64,000 nucleotides of DNA, from NCBI GenBank assembly GCA_951406725.2, contig OX597818.1:4216001-4280000 (forward strand). The letters run 5' to 3'. The translations under genes were made by a program, and so were the position numbers. Under the pieces are notes generated by a model. It searched no databases and was not told the origin of the DNA. It saw only the letters and a list, made by a program, of their open reading frames with translations. Below are positions 1-12,644 of the stretch, piece after piece; position 1 is the first letter of the stretch, and each line of letters opens with the position of its first letter. This DNA is from Octopus vulgaris. Lineage: Eukaryota.

Positions 1-729
1 TTTTTACAGTCAGGCAGAGCTATTTAAGATCAGTGTACTTTAAAGAAACAGAGCAGTGCCATGGACAGGATATGAACAACTTATCCCTTAGCTGGTTGTT
101 TCATAACCGAGTGACTTAACCATCCATGATTTCACTCTAATCTAATGTAATATGTAGGAATGTGACATTCTTGAGAACTTGGAATTATCATGCTGAAATA
201 AGAAAAACACCTCACAGATCAAGAATGATTTCCAGTTTATTTTATCTTCCCTTATTTCAGTACATTTTTCTAATTCCTCTTCTATAGAGATAAATACTGG
301 TTCTAGTTCAGGTACACAACAGCCATTGATAGATAAATATTTCTATAGTTTCACTTAAAGTTTATTCTATTCCACTTCACCTTGTTTCTAAAACAAAATC
401 ACAAGCCTTTCTCAGTAGTAATCTGATTAGAAAGCTGTTAGAACAGCATTTCATTAAGATAATATCTTTTTCACTATACTATCCTTATAAAATTTTAGTT
501 TGTCATTCCTTATAGTAAGTGTATAACAATCAGTTCATTATACTACCACTATAATATCTATATAGTAGCTCAGTAAAATTAAAATGTTAATCTAGGATTT
601 GAAATTGATTTGAAAGATGATACTGAATTTATAAATAAACACAAATAGACAAACATACAAACACACACACATTGACTGACATAGGCGATTTTCATTCAAG
701 GAATGCAATAAAAAATATACACATTAATC

Positions 730-1650
730 AAGCAATTTTTATATCCAACTTAGTGTGGATGTCTTGTTAGAATGCTGAATACTGCAGTGTTAACCTTGAG
801 ATGTCCTCTCATATAGACAAATGGTATATAAAACTACAGACATATATCATAGATGAGAATCATCTGTTAAGGTCACTGGTACTGCCACATCATGTGATTT
901 CAGTGTACTGCCCTTCTTCAGTGATAGGCATCCAGTGATCGCATACCAGCCAAATTTCACTATCACAATATATAGGATAGTGTCTTTTCAGCTGTTGATG
1001 TTGCAAATAGTCAGCAGGCTTATTAAAAAAAATATATATATAAGTGATGGAAACAAGGCAATCTTTATATCTAACTTAATGTGAATGCTCTGTTACAATG
1101 CCAAATACTGTCATATTCACTTTGAGAAGTCCTCTCATATAGATGCATAATGCATAAAAGCACAGTCATATATCATATCAGACAAGAATTATCTGGTATA
1201 GGTGCTAGAACTGTCACATCACATAATTTCAGTGTATTTCACTTCTTCAGTGGCATCCAGTAACTACACACCAGCTAAATCACGCTACCATAATATATAG
1301 GATATCAGTGTTGTTTCAGTCACTGATGTTGCACTGAAGAAGTACAGTAACACTGAAATCATGTGATCTGGCTGTTTTGGCACCCATTCCAGAAGAATCT
1401 CGTTTGCTACAATATATGCCTAAACTTTTATGTACTATATGTCTGAGGGGACTTCTCAAGGCAAATACCACAGTAATTAGTATTCTGACAAGACATCCAT
1501 GTTAAGTGGAAAATAAAGATTGCCATTGGTTTTCATACTACTTCTGCCACAAAAGATTATTTTTAATAAGCCTGTTGGCTAACTGCGACATCAGTGGCTG
1601 AAAAGACACTAATATCTCATATGTTGTGACAGTGAAGTTTCGCTGATAAT
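730..1650. repeat. Diverged ~320-bp unit: two direct copies followed by an inverted copy
   Basis: gtcctctcatataga and atttcagtgta...cttcttcagtg recur at ~800-920 and ~1130-1250. The reverse complement (cactgaagaag...cactgaaat, gaggggacttctcaa) lies at 1333-1650. Confidence 0.7.
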
Positions 1651-1828
1651 ACTGCTTTCATCACTGATAATAATTTTTTTATAAATACACCATATTGTAT
1701 ATGTATGATATATAGGTACATAGTGTTGTAATACACAAGATGTTTAAAATAATTTATAATGAATATGATGTAATAAAAAGTGTTTATATTTTGTGTGTGT
1801 GTGTATGTATATATACATATATATATAG

Positions 1829-4195
1829 ATCAGTTGAATAAAGTTAAAACATAGTCTGGTTTTCACGTTTTTTATCATGGTATTTTAACAAAATTAGCGC
1901 TTTCATACATGGTACTCATCAGTCTTCATATTTGTTTATTTTTGAGTCGAGTTCTTGACAACTTTAGTACCTCTTAAAATGCTTCAACCAGCTGAATTTT
2001 CAGAATACCATTTTGATCAATCCACATGCTCTTAAATATCATGGTTTGCCAGGCATACCGATATTCTGTAACATGTTTATATTTATTAATCCGCATCATT
2101 AAATGGTTGTTATATTATTGCTGTTATTTCCATTCAGGACAGATTTGAACATTTTAATAAACCATTTTTCTTTTATCTTTCTTCCAACCTCACTTATGTC
2201 TTGTAGTTTGTGGAAAGGTAAAATTAGAAACATTTCCTGACCACATGTCTCTATATGTTCACTCAATGGAATTTAGTGAACATTGGTGTTCCAATAATTC
2301 ATTCCCTGTCTCATCTATATATAATTTCTTGCAATTTGGGCATTTAATACAGTAGATCAAATTTCTGCTTTTGCAGTTCATAGGTGCATTTGCTAAAATC
2401 TGTCCATTTTTTTTCTAATGTATCTACCCATATGCATGTATTGACACATTCCAGATCTGTTATCATTACATTTGGATACTGTGAATGTGTTATTCCATTT
2501 GTTCATGTTGAATTTTACCTTTGTAATAGTTTCTTTAGGTTGTGAGGTTGGCTTTGGCTTAAGATAAGTGTTTAATTAGTTATTATGTTTTTTCATTTTT
2601 TTCTTTGTTTTATGATTGGCAAATTTGTTTTGATTAATGTGAAAAATGTTTCGGTGATGTGGATTGTGTGTTACTAGAAATGGTATTGTGTTCCTTTGAA
2701 GAGAACTATGATATGACCTTTAAAAGATGTATAGAGGACACATGGAAAGATACCTCAATGATTGTTTCTTAATTTGGACCAAATCCCTAGAAAATCTGGA
2801 AGAATTCAGCACCCTCCTCAATAATCTACTCTCTAGTCTTAAATTCACAAGAGAAATGAGCAACACACAATTACCATTTCTTGACATAATGGTAATTAAA
2901 ACAACACCACAATCACAACTGATAGTTATTACAAAAGCACAGATACACACCAGTACCTAAATTTAAAATCATGCCACCCAACATAAACAAAACACAACAT
3001 CCTGTACTGTCTTCCCAGGAAAATTTGTACTATAGTTGATGATCCAAATACCAGATATAACATGACTTATAGAACTTAAAGGATTTCTGCTCAAGCAAAA
3101 TTACCTTCTCCTACTTATAGAAAATAGCATACAGCAAGCAAAAGAGATACCTATAGAACAACTTAGGGCAACACAGAAAAGACGAACCCATCAAAGGAAC
3201 AAAATACTATTTTTAGTAACACACAATCCACATCACCAAAACATTTTTAACATCATCAAAACAAATTTTAGCAATCATAAAGATTGAACCTGGTGCAGCT
3301 TTCTGACTCACCAGTCCTCAGTCAAACCATCCAACCCATGCCTGCATGGAAAGCAGACATTAAATGGCAATGATGATAAAACAAAGTGAAAAATTAAAAA
3401 AAACATAATAACTAATTAAACACTTATCTTAAACAAAAGGCAACCACATAAACTACAGAAACTATTAACAAAGGCAAAATTCAACATGAACAAATGGGAT
3501 AACACATTCACAGTATCCAAGTGTAATGATAACAGATGTGGAATGTGTCAATACATGCATACAGGTAGATACATTAGAACAAAAAGTGGACAGATTTTAG
3601 CAAAGGCACTTATGAACTGCAAAGTAGAAATTTGATCTACTGTATTAAATGCCTGAATTGCGAAGAATTATATATAGATGAGACAGGGAATGCATTATTG
3701 GAACACTCGTGAGTCCCAGACAACAAATCTGGAACATCATTGTTCGTCAAATTCCATTGAGCGAACATATAGAGACATGTGGTCAGAAAATGTTTCTAAT
3801 TTTACCTTTCCACAAACTACATGATACAAGTGAGGTTGGAAGAAAGATAAAAGAGAAACAGTTTATTAAAATTTCAAACCTGTTCTGAATGGAAATAACA
3901 GCAATAATATAACAACCATTTAATGATGTGGATTAATAAACATAAACAAGTTGCAGAATATCGGTACGCCTGGCAAACTGTGAGTTTAAGAGCATGTGGA
4001 TTGATCAAAATGGTATTCTAAAAATTCAGCTGGTTGGAGCATTCTAAGAGGTACTAAAGTTGTCAAGAACTCAACTCTCAGTTAAATACATTTGAAATCT
4101 GATGAGTACACTATGTATGAAAGCATTAATTTTGTTAAAATACTATAACAAAAATCATGAAAACCAGACTATGTTTTAACTTTATTCAACTGATT
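1829..4195 (+). mobile_element. 5'-truncated Penelope-like element with an inverted pLTR copy
   Basis: 2727-2960 encodes the PLE RT C-terminus (RYLNDCFLIW...LKFTRE...LPFLDI). A broken GIY-YIG follows (NCK.RNLIYCIKC.NC.ELYI.ETG). 1829-~2700 is the reverse complement of ~3190-4195. Confidence 0.85.
1885..1935 (-). ncRNA. Minimal type I hammerhead ribozyme motif in the PLE pLTR (decayed copy on + at 4099-4128)
   Basis: CUGAUGA-GUAC-cau-GUAU-GAAA-GCGC-UA. The palindromic stem III is typical of PLE hammerheads. Stem I is weak. Confidence 0.65.
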
Positions 4196-4237
4196 TATTA
4201 TTCTAAACACATTCACACAAATTTGAAACACAATAGA

Positions 4238-4435
4238 CATAGTTCTATATTTAAGAGATTAGGAATTATGTACATTATTTACATTTGAAGGATATTTGTC
4301 CTCATCTTGTTTGTTGTTAACACAACGTTTCGGCTGATGTACCCTCCAGCCTTCATCAGGTGTCTTGGGGAAATTTCAAACCTAGGTTCTCATTCTTAAG
4401 GTATTTTTCGATGTTATTAATATTATTCAGGTCAA
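4238..4435 (-). mobile_element. Short PLE-type pLTR fragment carrying a hammerhead (4320-4363)
   Basis: Minus strand reads ACAC-CUGAUGA-a-GGCUG-(10-nt loop)-CAGCC-GAAA-CG-UU-GUGU, so stems I and II pair and stem III is palindromic (AACGUU). Confidence 0.7.
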
Positions 4436-4520
4436 ATGTAAATAATGTACAATATGTGTGTGCATGCATGTGTGTGCGTGTGTGTATGTCTGAATGTATA
4501 TATAACGTATTATACACTAC

Positions 4521-4662
4521 CTGTCACCAACCATAAGGGCTCTAGATGGATTAAGGCCATCACGTTTCTTGAGCAACTCAATGATAACAGGATGTGGTTT
4601 GCCAATGACAACAGGATTAGTTTGTGAAGGGACTTTTACAGCAGAAACCATGGTACCTGTAC
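4521..4662 (-). CDS. PGP: Internal coding exon of a HAD-IIA phosphatase (phosphoglycolate/glycerol-3-phosphate phosphatase or pyridoxal phosphatase-like)
   Basis: Encodes (G)TGTMVSAVKVPSQTNPVVIGKPHPVIIELLKKRDGLNPSRALMVGDR, with HAD motif III (GKP) and the start of motif IV (MVGDR). Acceptor AG at 4664-4663 and donor GT at 4520-4519. The phase matches the exon at 11861-12008 (G|GT). PGP versus PDXP is not resolved. Confidence 0.85.
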
Positions 4663-5199
4663 CTTTCACAAAAATAAATAAATCATGGAAAATGAAACAT
4701 TTAAATTGACAGTAAAGTATGTGATGTATAAATACAACTAATGGAGTGACATTTAGTAATGCAAATAACTTCATCTAAATACAAAGCTGATAAACCAACA
4801 ATTTGTTGAACAACAATGATAATGAGCTCAAGTTATATTGAGGTAGAGTGTTTTAGATAGTTGGATAATCAGAAACAGGGCAAAAATGTCAGATCATGTT
4901 TGTTACCCCAAAATACCAATCAAGAATACTGGTTGACAAGTAGATTATGTGACAGGACAACTATCTCACCCATATAACATGAAAGCAGAACCAAATCATG
5001 AATGTTGCAAAGCAATAAAAGCTCGAAGTTCATTGTCTTCTTAAGATCACATTGATCATTACCTAATAGCAAAAGATGGTGTAATCGTTTTAACAAGAAA
5101 AGGGCTTTTGCAACCAATACCTGCTGCAACATAACTTATTTCTATTTACTGTTTACTAAACTTGGAAGATAGACACTAAATAAACAGGAAACATCAACT

Positions 5200-5540
5200 C
5201 CTCAGCTGGAATATCAAGTGACTGTTTCCTACTGGTTTTTTATTGGTGTAAATAGTAAAATTTTTTGATGTGCCATTCCATTAGACTGTGTTTCAGGTAC
5301 TGCATTTTTATTGCTAGACCTGGACTATGTGCTGGGTGTGGTATCAGTTTGATTCCATCTACTTCTTGGGAGTTTATTCTGGGTCGTTTGTGTGGTGTGA
5401 GGTCTTGTGTTGTCACTTCCTGTGAACCAATACTGGGTATTTTTGCCACAGCTGTTTAGAGTACAGGTTGATATTGATGGTTTGTCCAGAACAAACTCAT
5501 AGTGAATTATCCCCTCATTATTCCATCAGACAGAGAGCAT
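5200..5540 (-). pseudogene. Decayed mariner transposase fragment
   Basis: GIKLIPHPAHSPGLA resembles the mariner motif LPHPPYSPDLA. EGIIHYEFV lies upstream in another frame. No TIRs recognised. Confidence 0.6.
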
Positions 5541-6869
5541 CATCTTGTATTTGAAACACCTATATTTGGTGACAATTTCTGAAAGCTGGCCCTTCTCTAA
5601 CCATAGCTTAAGTATGTTAGGATTGTGGAAAAATAATGTCCTTGGATTATTACTTGTTCTGATCCATGGCTCACAATATCCAAACAGTTTTCAATTTAAA
5701 TATACCACTTCAAAAAAGCTAACTTTCTAAAGGGCAAGAATTATAATTTTCAGTCTTCGAAGTCCACTACTAATGTATTCTCCATCATCATTCATAGGAT
5801 AAATAGTGGACTGGATAACAGTACTGATGCTCAGACTATTTCTGTAAGCATTTTTCAAGCATGTGTCAAATAATAGCAAAGAGGATAACTTCATAAACAG
5901 ACCAGCTTTGGCATATCTGGTAAGAATCATTTCAACCATCACTTCTTAAGTTCAAATGAGAAAAATATCTAAAAGCTTCTGTCAATAGTCAGTCTTCTGA
6001 CAATTATGAAATTAATGCCCTTAGGCATTTGTTCCAGGAATTAAGCTCTTCCTGCTGTTTATAATGATATACTTGAGAAAGAGACATGCTGACATATTTC
6101 CTGAAGATATGATACTTTACAGTTTCAACTTAGAGGACAAACCTAGAAGCTAATATTTTCAGTGACATCATGAATTCCTGACTTTTCCCCAATTTTGGTG
6201 GATAGGACTGTTTTGATGGAAGTTTTTTATCTGGTTAAACTCTTAAATCTTTAATTCACAATTGATTTGAAATGGAACCCCTAAATTAAGTCCATTGCCA
6301 GAGTGGCAGCTAGAATGGTTCTACTATTCAACGTTTTTAACACCTTTGGCTTTATTGTATCTCTCTAAGAGATCAGAGATGCTCCAAAATAGAATACTGC
6401 TCACACATTTAGGTAGGTTCCTCCAAATGTATTGGTTACTTTTATATGAGTACAGAATTGAATGTGTGTCTAGTTGGTGATGAGCTCTTTTCATCACTAA
6501 TAATGTCTATGTAATGTTACCAGCTTACCAGTAGAGAACCACTGTTACTTCTGCAGTAGGTGTTTAGATGCATGTCATTACTTGGTCTTGCAAGTTTCAA
6601 AATTTACCATAAGAACTCAACCTAGCAAATTTAACAAATCACAACAGTGTTTCTTGGATGTCTTATGGACATGAAGCAATTTCCATGCACAAAGTTTTCC
6701 CCTAAGAACAGATGATTGTGGAATAAACTCTCCTCTTATTGTTTTCCTGTAGAATATGTCCTTGATCTCTTTAAACTTAAGGATAACAAGTGCCTTGCTT
6801 AATACTGTTTTCTTCATTTTAGTACTTCTATAGGTTATTTTATTACCATCTTATTTGATTCATTTTATT

Positions 6870-7124
6870 TGGAGTAAAGATTGTTTGCCAACATAACACA
6901 GTAGTCCTGGTTTAGGACGAATGTTGCTGTAATCTAGCCCCAGGAGTATGAACCTAATGGCAAAGCTCTCATCGTCTCCAGCTGGCTATACGACACAATC
7001 TGTGTCTTTGCATTTTCGAACAAGGGAATCTAGCACCCCCACTCAGCTCAAAAGAATATCTGTGTATCATGATTTCTGGGTTATTTCCCTTCATCAGCAA
7101 GGAATAATTGTTTGGTTAGAGGTG
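6870..7124 (-). repeat. Inverted copy of the hammerhead-containing short repeat seen at 9510-10040
   Basis: Reverse complement of ~9785-9995. Includes a decayed hammerhead CUGAUGA-AGGG-aaauaa-CCCA-GAAA-UCAUGA-UA-CACAGA at 7103-7059. Confidence 0.8.
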
Positions 7125-7125
7125 A

Positions 7126-9462
7126 ATTTTTTATTAAGATAATTATTATCGTACACAGAGGGAACAAAACAGGACAATACAAACAATTATTGTTATAATG
7201 AGTTCGAATGATACTTGAATTTTTAAAATTTAGGATGATATATAATTTGACTTTTTTGGGTAAAACTTGATGAGCTGAAAAGCCCAGCAACTACACCTTT
7301 TTCTTTTTCCATGAAGATTAAGCAGGTCACTTGCACCCACCTTTCTTACCACAGCCTTCCCTCTTTTGTCAAACACACCTCGTGACAGTTGTCTCCTCTC
7401 CAGCCTTATCTTGCTCTTCAGATGATATCTGAAAAAGGTGAGCAATCCGGTGCCAGAAATGAAGGTTCCTGTTACGAGTCCTTGCAGTCTAGTCTTCCAA
7501 ACACTCTTTCAACACTGCCACTGTAAGGAAAAAACATGCCTCAACTTCCTTCGAGAGTCTGGTGGGCGGCACAATCTTTATTTTAAGATTCAGCTGATAG
7601 CTGTACTCTGCCTAGGTGTGACAACATGTGTTCAATGTAAACTATCAAACCTAAAAGTTTCCGACAGTGTATAAAAGCATAGTTTCATCATCCAGCCCAC
7701 ATCTTGGACATGTCAGTGACACTGACATTCTGTGCCTGGATAACTTATCACGAACAGGTAAAGCGTTCCTGTAGCACTGCGAGGTCAGGGATTTTTGGTA
7801 ATTATCCAAATACCCCATCCCGAAAGTCTTTTGGAACAGGTTGGTAAGTTGGTTCTCATCGAACCCCAGAGCCCCTCCAGGGACATCATCATTTTTAAAC
7901 TCTACGAGCCCTCTATACAAAACCGAGGTGGTATTACCACTGCTGGCCTTGCCCATCTGGTGGATCGCACGAGTGCCTGTTGATACTCCTTTTGCCATTC
8001 TGACAGATTGCATCTTTTAATAAAACCGGGTTTGAATCTCTCCAAAGAGGCTGGTCGCAGGAAGAATTCCTCTGCCAGCGGATTCCACACCTTGTCACCC
8101 TCCAGATAGCACCAGACATGTCTCAGCCTCAACGCATGTTTGCGCATCATAAGCCAGAGCATCCCTAACTTACCTTGTAGTGGTTCCCGGCAGCAGACGG
8201 AGCACCTTACAAGTGGCTTTCCTCCCTTCCACAAAAAGCGGAAAAGGAGGCACTCCAACTTGTTTAGCCACAAGTCAGGGCAAGGGACAACAGTTAGGTG
8301 GTAGGTGATTACAGATGCAATAAACACCTGTACCACCTCCGCCCTTCCTTTCAGGGATAGAGCCTGTCCGAACTAGAGCTTCCACCCTGTCTGCCACCTT
8401 GCTCCAATTCTTCTCCGTTTGGGAGTTCAGTCCAAACCAAACTCCAAGCAATTTAACAGGACCATCTGTCCAGTGACCCACGACACTGGATGATACCAGC
8501 TTGCTCCACCAGCTGCCAAGGCGCAAACCAATGGACCTGTCTTTGTTAACTTTTGCTCCTGCCACCACCTCGTATCCTTTGATAGCATCCTCTACACAAG
8601 GTTGCTGAGCCTCATTGGACACGATGATGGTGATGTTATCCACATAAGCAGAAACTGACTTACCACATTCTATTTCATTGGGGGTGCATCCCAAATTCTC
8701 CAACTTCCTCAGTAAAAGCTCAAGAGCCAAAATGTACAGGAGCGGGGACAGGGGACACCTTTAACAAACTGAGCGCTTGATCAAAAATGGCTCCGACAGG
8801 TAGCCGCTTATCTGGACGGTGGATTGGATGCTGCTATACATTGCGGAGATCCACCTATGGAAGTCCGGGGCCCAGCCCAGCCACTTTGAGAACTGCTGCC
8901 AAGTACTGGTGGTCTACCCTATCAAACGCTTTACTTTGGTCTAAATGGACCAGTGCCCCACCTTTGCCGGTTAATTTACACACCCTGTCTAAGGTGTAGC
9001 GTATAAGGTGAAGATTGCCCTAGATCGACCTGCCCGGAATGGCGCATGTCTGCACCTTCCCTACAAGCTTCTCCACAACATGCGTCAACCTTTTTGCTAA
9101 TATCTTGGCCAAAATCTTTAACTCTACATTCAGTCGAGTTATGGACCTGTAATTACTTATACTGTCCCCCTTGCTTGGGTCCTTCTGTATCAGCATCACC
9201 AGAGCATCACAGAGCTGGGAATCCTCCCATTCTGTTGCCAGTTTGTGTTGACGCCTGCCAGTAGGTCTCCGTACAAGTCCGGCATACTACGATAAAACTC
9301 ATAGGGTAGACCATCCAGCCCTGGCGACTTGTCCCTAACGCACTCAGCCAACACCTCTTTTACCTCCACAGGTGTAATTGGTCCTTCACAGCATTCTACC
9401 TCATGTGCCGAGAGTCGCAGCCCACCAGTGAGGAAGCTCTTCAGGGCCTCCTTACACTCCAC
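7126..9462 (-). mobile_element. 5'-truncated, frameshifted Tx1/L1-clade LINE
   Basis: ORF pieces SPGLDGLPYEFY, VSAYVDNITI, FRFLWKGGKPLV and CPRCGLDDET are homologous to ORF2 at 17834-21229. The A-rich 3' end lies near 7126. Confidence 0.9.
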
Positions 9463-10040
9463 TCAAAACAATATCTGTGTATCATGAATTCCAGGTTATT
9501 TCCCGTCATAGCTGAACAATTATTCTGTGCTGATGAAGGGAAATAACCTGAAAATCGCGATAACAGATCATGTCGTATAGCCAGTTGGGGATGATGTCTT
9601 CTGGGGCCAAATTACAGCAACATTTGTCTAAAACCAGGACTGCCATGTTATGTTGGCAAATCCAAAGTACTGTTGCTGAATATCACTCATTGTGAGATTT
9701 AAAAACAGTAATTTTCTAATTTATAGATCAGTGACAAGTTGTCACTTTGAAAACTATATATTTCGAGTGGGATTTTGGCAGCACCACCTCTAGCCAAACA
9801 ATTATTCTGTGCTGATGAAGGGAAATGACCCTGAAATCGCGATACACAGATATTGTTCTGAGCTGAGTGGGGGTGCTAGATTCCCTTGTTCGATAATACA
9901 AGGACACACGATGTCTCCTAGGGCTAAATTACAGCAGCAGTTGTCCTAAACCAGGACTGCCATGTTATGTTGGCAAACAATCTTTACTCCAAAGTACTGT
10001 TGCTGAATATCTCTCGTTGTGAGATCTAAAAATAGTAATT
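9463..10040 (+). mobile_element. Tandem non-coding hammerhead repeat (retrozyme-like or PLE-pLTR-derived)
   Basis: Two direct units with hammerhead cores at 9530 and 9812 (282 bp apart), preceded by a short inverted hammerhead piece at 9463-9510. Confidence 0.75.
9806..9850 (+). ncRNA. Intact minimal type I hammerhead ribozyme
   Basis: UCUGUG-CUGAUGA-AGGG-aaauga-CCCU-GAAA-UCGCGA-UA-CACAGA. 6-bp stem I, 4-bp stem II, palindromic stem III, and predicted cleavage after 9844. Confidence 0.85.
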
Positions 10041-11860
10041 CACATTTTATTTGCTCCTGTATTGCCTTTATCATCTCATTGTATTTCATTTAAAGTTTTT
10101 ACTGTTTTATTGCCATATTCTATTTACTTCTTAAAAATGTATATAAAGTTTTTGTTGCATTGATCCTATATCCTCTTCTCCAAAACTGGTGCCTAGAAGA
10201 GGCCTATAGGCCTTGCTTGGAATAATTTTGAGCAGAAAAATCTTTAGATAAAAGGGTTGTCAAAAGATTAGATGAAGTAACAAAGAAGGAATGAACCAGT
10301 AGGAGTCAGTAATACTTCTTTTCATTGATTAGACAAAAGAAAAAATTATTTCCCTTAGTAATGAAAAACTAAATTTGGAATACTGAGAAGTCCATTGTTC
10401 CTAAAATGATCAGCTAATCTGTTTGCATTAGTTGATACACTCACTTAATGACATCCAGGACAAAGACGCTCAAACTGAAACTATAGACATTTTTCACACC
10501 GCCAAACCCAAATATTACCCAGCCATCATCATTTCTGTCACAAACAAATTGTCTGACTAAGGGAAACTCATTCAGATCTTAATGCAGAAAATTCTTACTG
10601 CCCTATATCCTCTGCCGTTTCAAATGACAGCAACTCACCTGAGATGATAAAATGTATGACTAATATCATTCTGCAAAGTATGTTTCACCACATTCTCCAC
10701 ATAACCAGAGCTCATACTCCAAACTTCACAAAAGAAATACTTACAGCTGTACATGGAAAGAACACTGCCTTCAATACCAGGTGGAACATACTCACCATCA
10801 CCAACTAGAAGACATTTAATCATTAAAATATCTATAAGAAAACCATTTGAGAAGCAACTGAAACTTTGTGCACTACATAATCTAAGAGCTATTTTGCTTC
10901 CTTAATTGAAATTGGGCCTTCTGATCCTTTGTCAAAGAGGTCACTATTAACCTTCCCAGTTCTTTCAACCTACTACACCTGAACAAAAACAGTTTGTTAA
11001 TTAAGCCATTGCATTTGCTGCTAATTTCACTTTCAACTCCATGCACACAATTCTCCTCTACTTTACATCTCACTATCATGTACACATAGTCCCCAAGTGC
11101 TAAAATTTCTCCACCCTCTCAAATACAATAAAGCAATAAGTCCTGACAGTGTCTCTTCCATTATCAGTATAGCCAGCAACTATACAATGTGCCCTACAGC
11201 TATAAAAAGCCTACCTGCTCAGCAAGGCTTGTAGAAGTGCTACTATTCTTTTCTGTCTCATCTTCCACTACAATATCTGCTTCTCTCAACAATCAACCAG
11301 CATAGAACACAACACATCCATCTCTTCCCCTTCTTGTTTACCCTACTGTGTCTCACACTACCACAAACTCTACACTAAACAATTTAAGTTTTTCAATCAT
11401 TCTTCCTCAGAAATACAGTATTTCTTAAATTTCCTTTCTACCAAATATTTTTTTCTATAGAGAGTGACCTATAGCAGTTCAGACTGAATATCAACTGCAT
11501 AAGTCACATTTGTCTGGGCAAACTTGTAAAGGTTATAGTTATCAGAGCATCAGCAACAATTACCTAACATCAATTTATGACTTTTAAATATTTCTATCAT
11601 GTTTTCAATATGGGCACAAATTTTGAGGAAAATTACTTCAGTACTTGACGTAGTCCTGAAGGGACTTGAATTTAGAATGTAAAGAGGTATATTTAAATAC
11701 CACAAAGCATTTTGTCTATCTTTAGTATAATAATAAAAGTCAAATATATGAAAAATTTTAAAAGTCAATTTGATATTTAACTTCTCTGAAATATTATTAT
11801 AGAGATTTTTCTTTGTGCTCCATAAATAAAATTCATACAAATAAAAAAAAGTCAACTTAC

Positions 11861-12008
11861 CAGGTATAATAACATCTCCAGGAATTGGTAAGTTAGAATC
11901 TTCATTAGTAGCTATGAATAAGCATTTTTTCTTTTTGATGTAACTGGCTGCCTTCAATATTTTAATATAGCTGATGTGCTGGTCAAAACCAACAAGAACA
12001 CATTTAAT
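11861..12008 (-). CDS. PGP: Internal coding exon of the same HAD-IIA phosphatase (cap domain)
   Basis: ttttcag|IKCVLVGFDQHISYIKILKAASYIKKKKCLFIATNEDSNLPIPGDVIIPG|gtaag. 148 nt. VGFD, FIATN.D and IPG(TG) are typical of PGP/PDXP. Confidence 0.88.
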
Positions 12009-12299
12009 CTGAAAATTAAAAATAGAATTACTATAAACTCAATCTTTATTTTGTAATCTGCAAGACCAGATCAGTTGATGACAAAAAAGTTTTAGTTGTC
12101 AGTATGTGGTTTTACTACCACATAACAATTTACCAGTCCTCCCTTCCTAGAACTGTAACCAATTGGAATTCCATATTTTCCACCCACATTTTTCTTAAAA
12201 ACATTAACAAACTGGGCTTCAATTCACTGGTACCTGTGAAACTTATGGGCACCATCTCCACCTATGATAAACTTATAAAAAATATAATTTGTTAGTAGC

Positions 12300-12625
12300 A
12301 GAAATAACTGAGACTGTCAGTCACAACAAATGTTCCAGTTGATCCAATCAACACAACAGCCTGCTTGTGAAATTAACATGCAAGTGGCTGAGCACTTCAC
12401 AGACACATGTATCCTTAATGTATTTCTCAAGGAAATTCAGCATGATACAGAAAGTGACAAGGCTTGCCCTTTGAAATACAGATAAAATTTATTTTTGCTA
12501 GCTGAATGAACTGGAGCAACATGAAATAAAGTGTCTGGCTCAAGGACACAATGTGCCACTGGGCATTGAACTCATGACCTTATGAATGAGAGGCAGTAAT
12601 AACATGCACACCATAAATCTTTTGC
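12300..12625 (-). mobile_element. tRNA-derived SINE (decayed)
   Basis: Minus strand has a B-box-like gagttcaatgccc followed by gtgtccttgagc...acactttatttc, a typical SINE head and core. Confidence 0.65.
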
Positions 12626-12644
12626 CACTATGACTGATAATTCT

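Noticed and set aside
132-192. Minus-strand acceptor ttttcttatttcag followed by MIIPSSQECHIPTYYIRLE*, faintly like the PGP C-terminus (PDFYV)
   Set aside because: The intervening exon carrying the rest of motif IV (LDTDI) was not found between 4520 and 194, and the similarity is too short.
5545-6830. Several 60-70 aa ORFs
   Set aside because: No recognisable motifs or splice-phase support. Possibly very old repeat debris.
10635-10823. ORF starting MIKCLLVGDG with a donor-like end, resembling a Rho GTPase start or an alternative PGP exon
   Set aside because: No GKT or GFD continuation. It is more likely decayed repeat sequence or chance.
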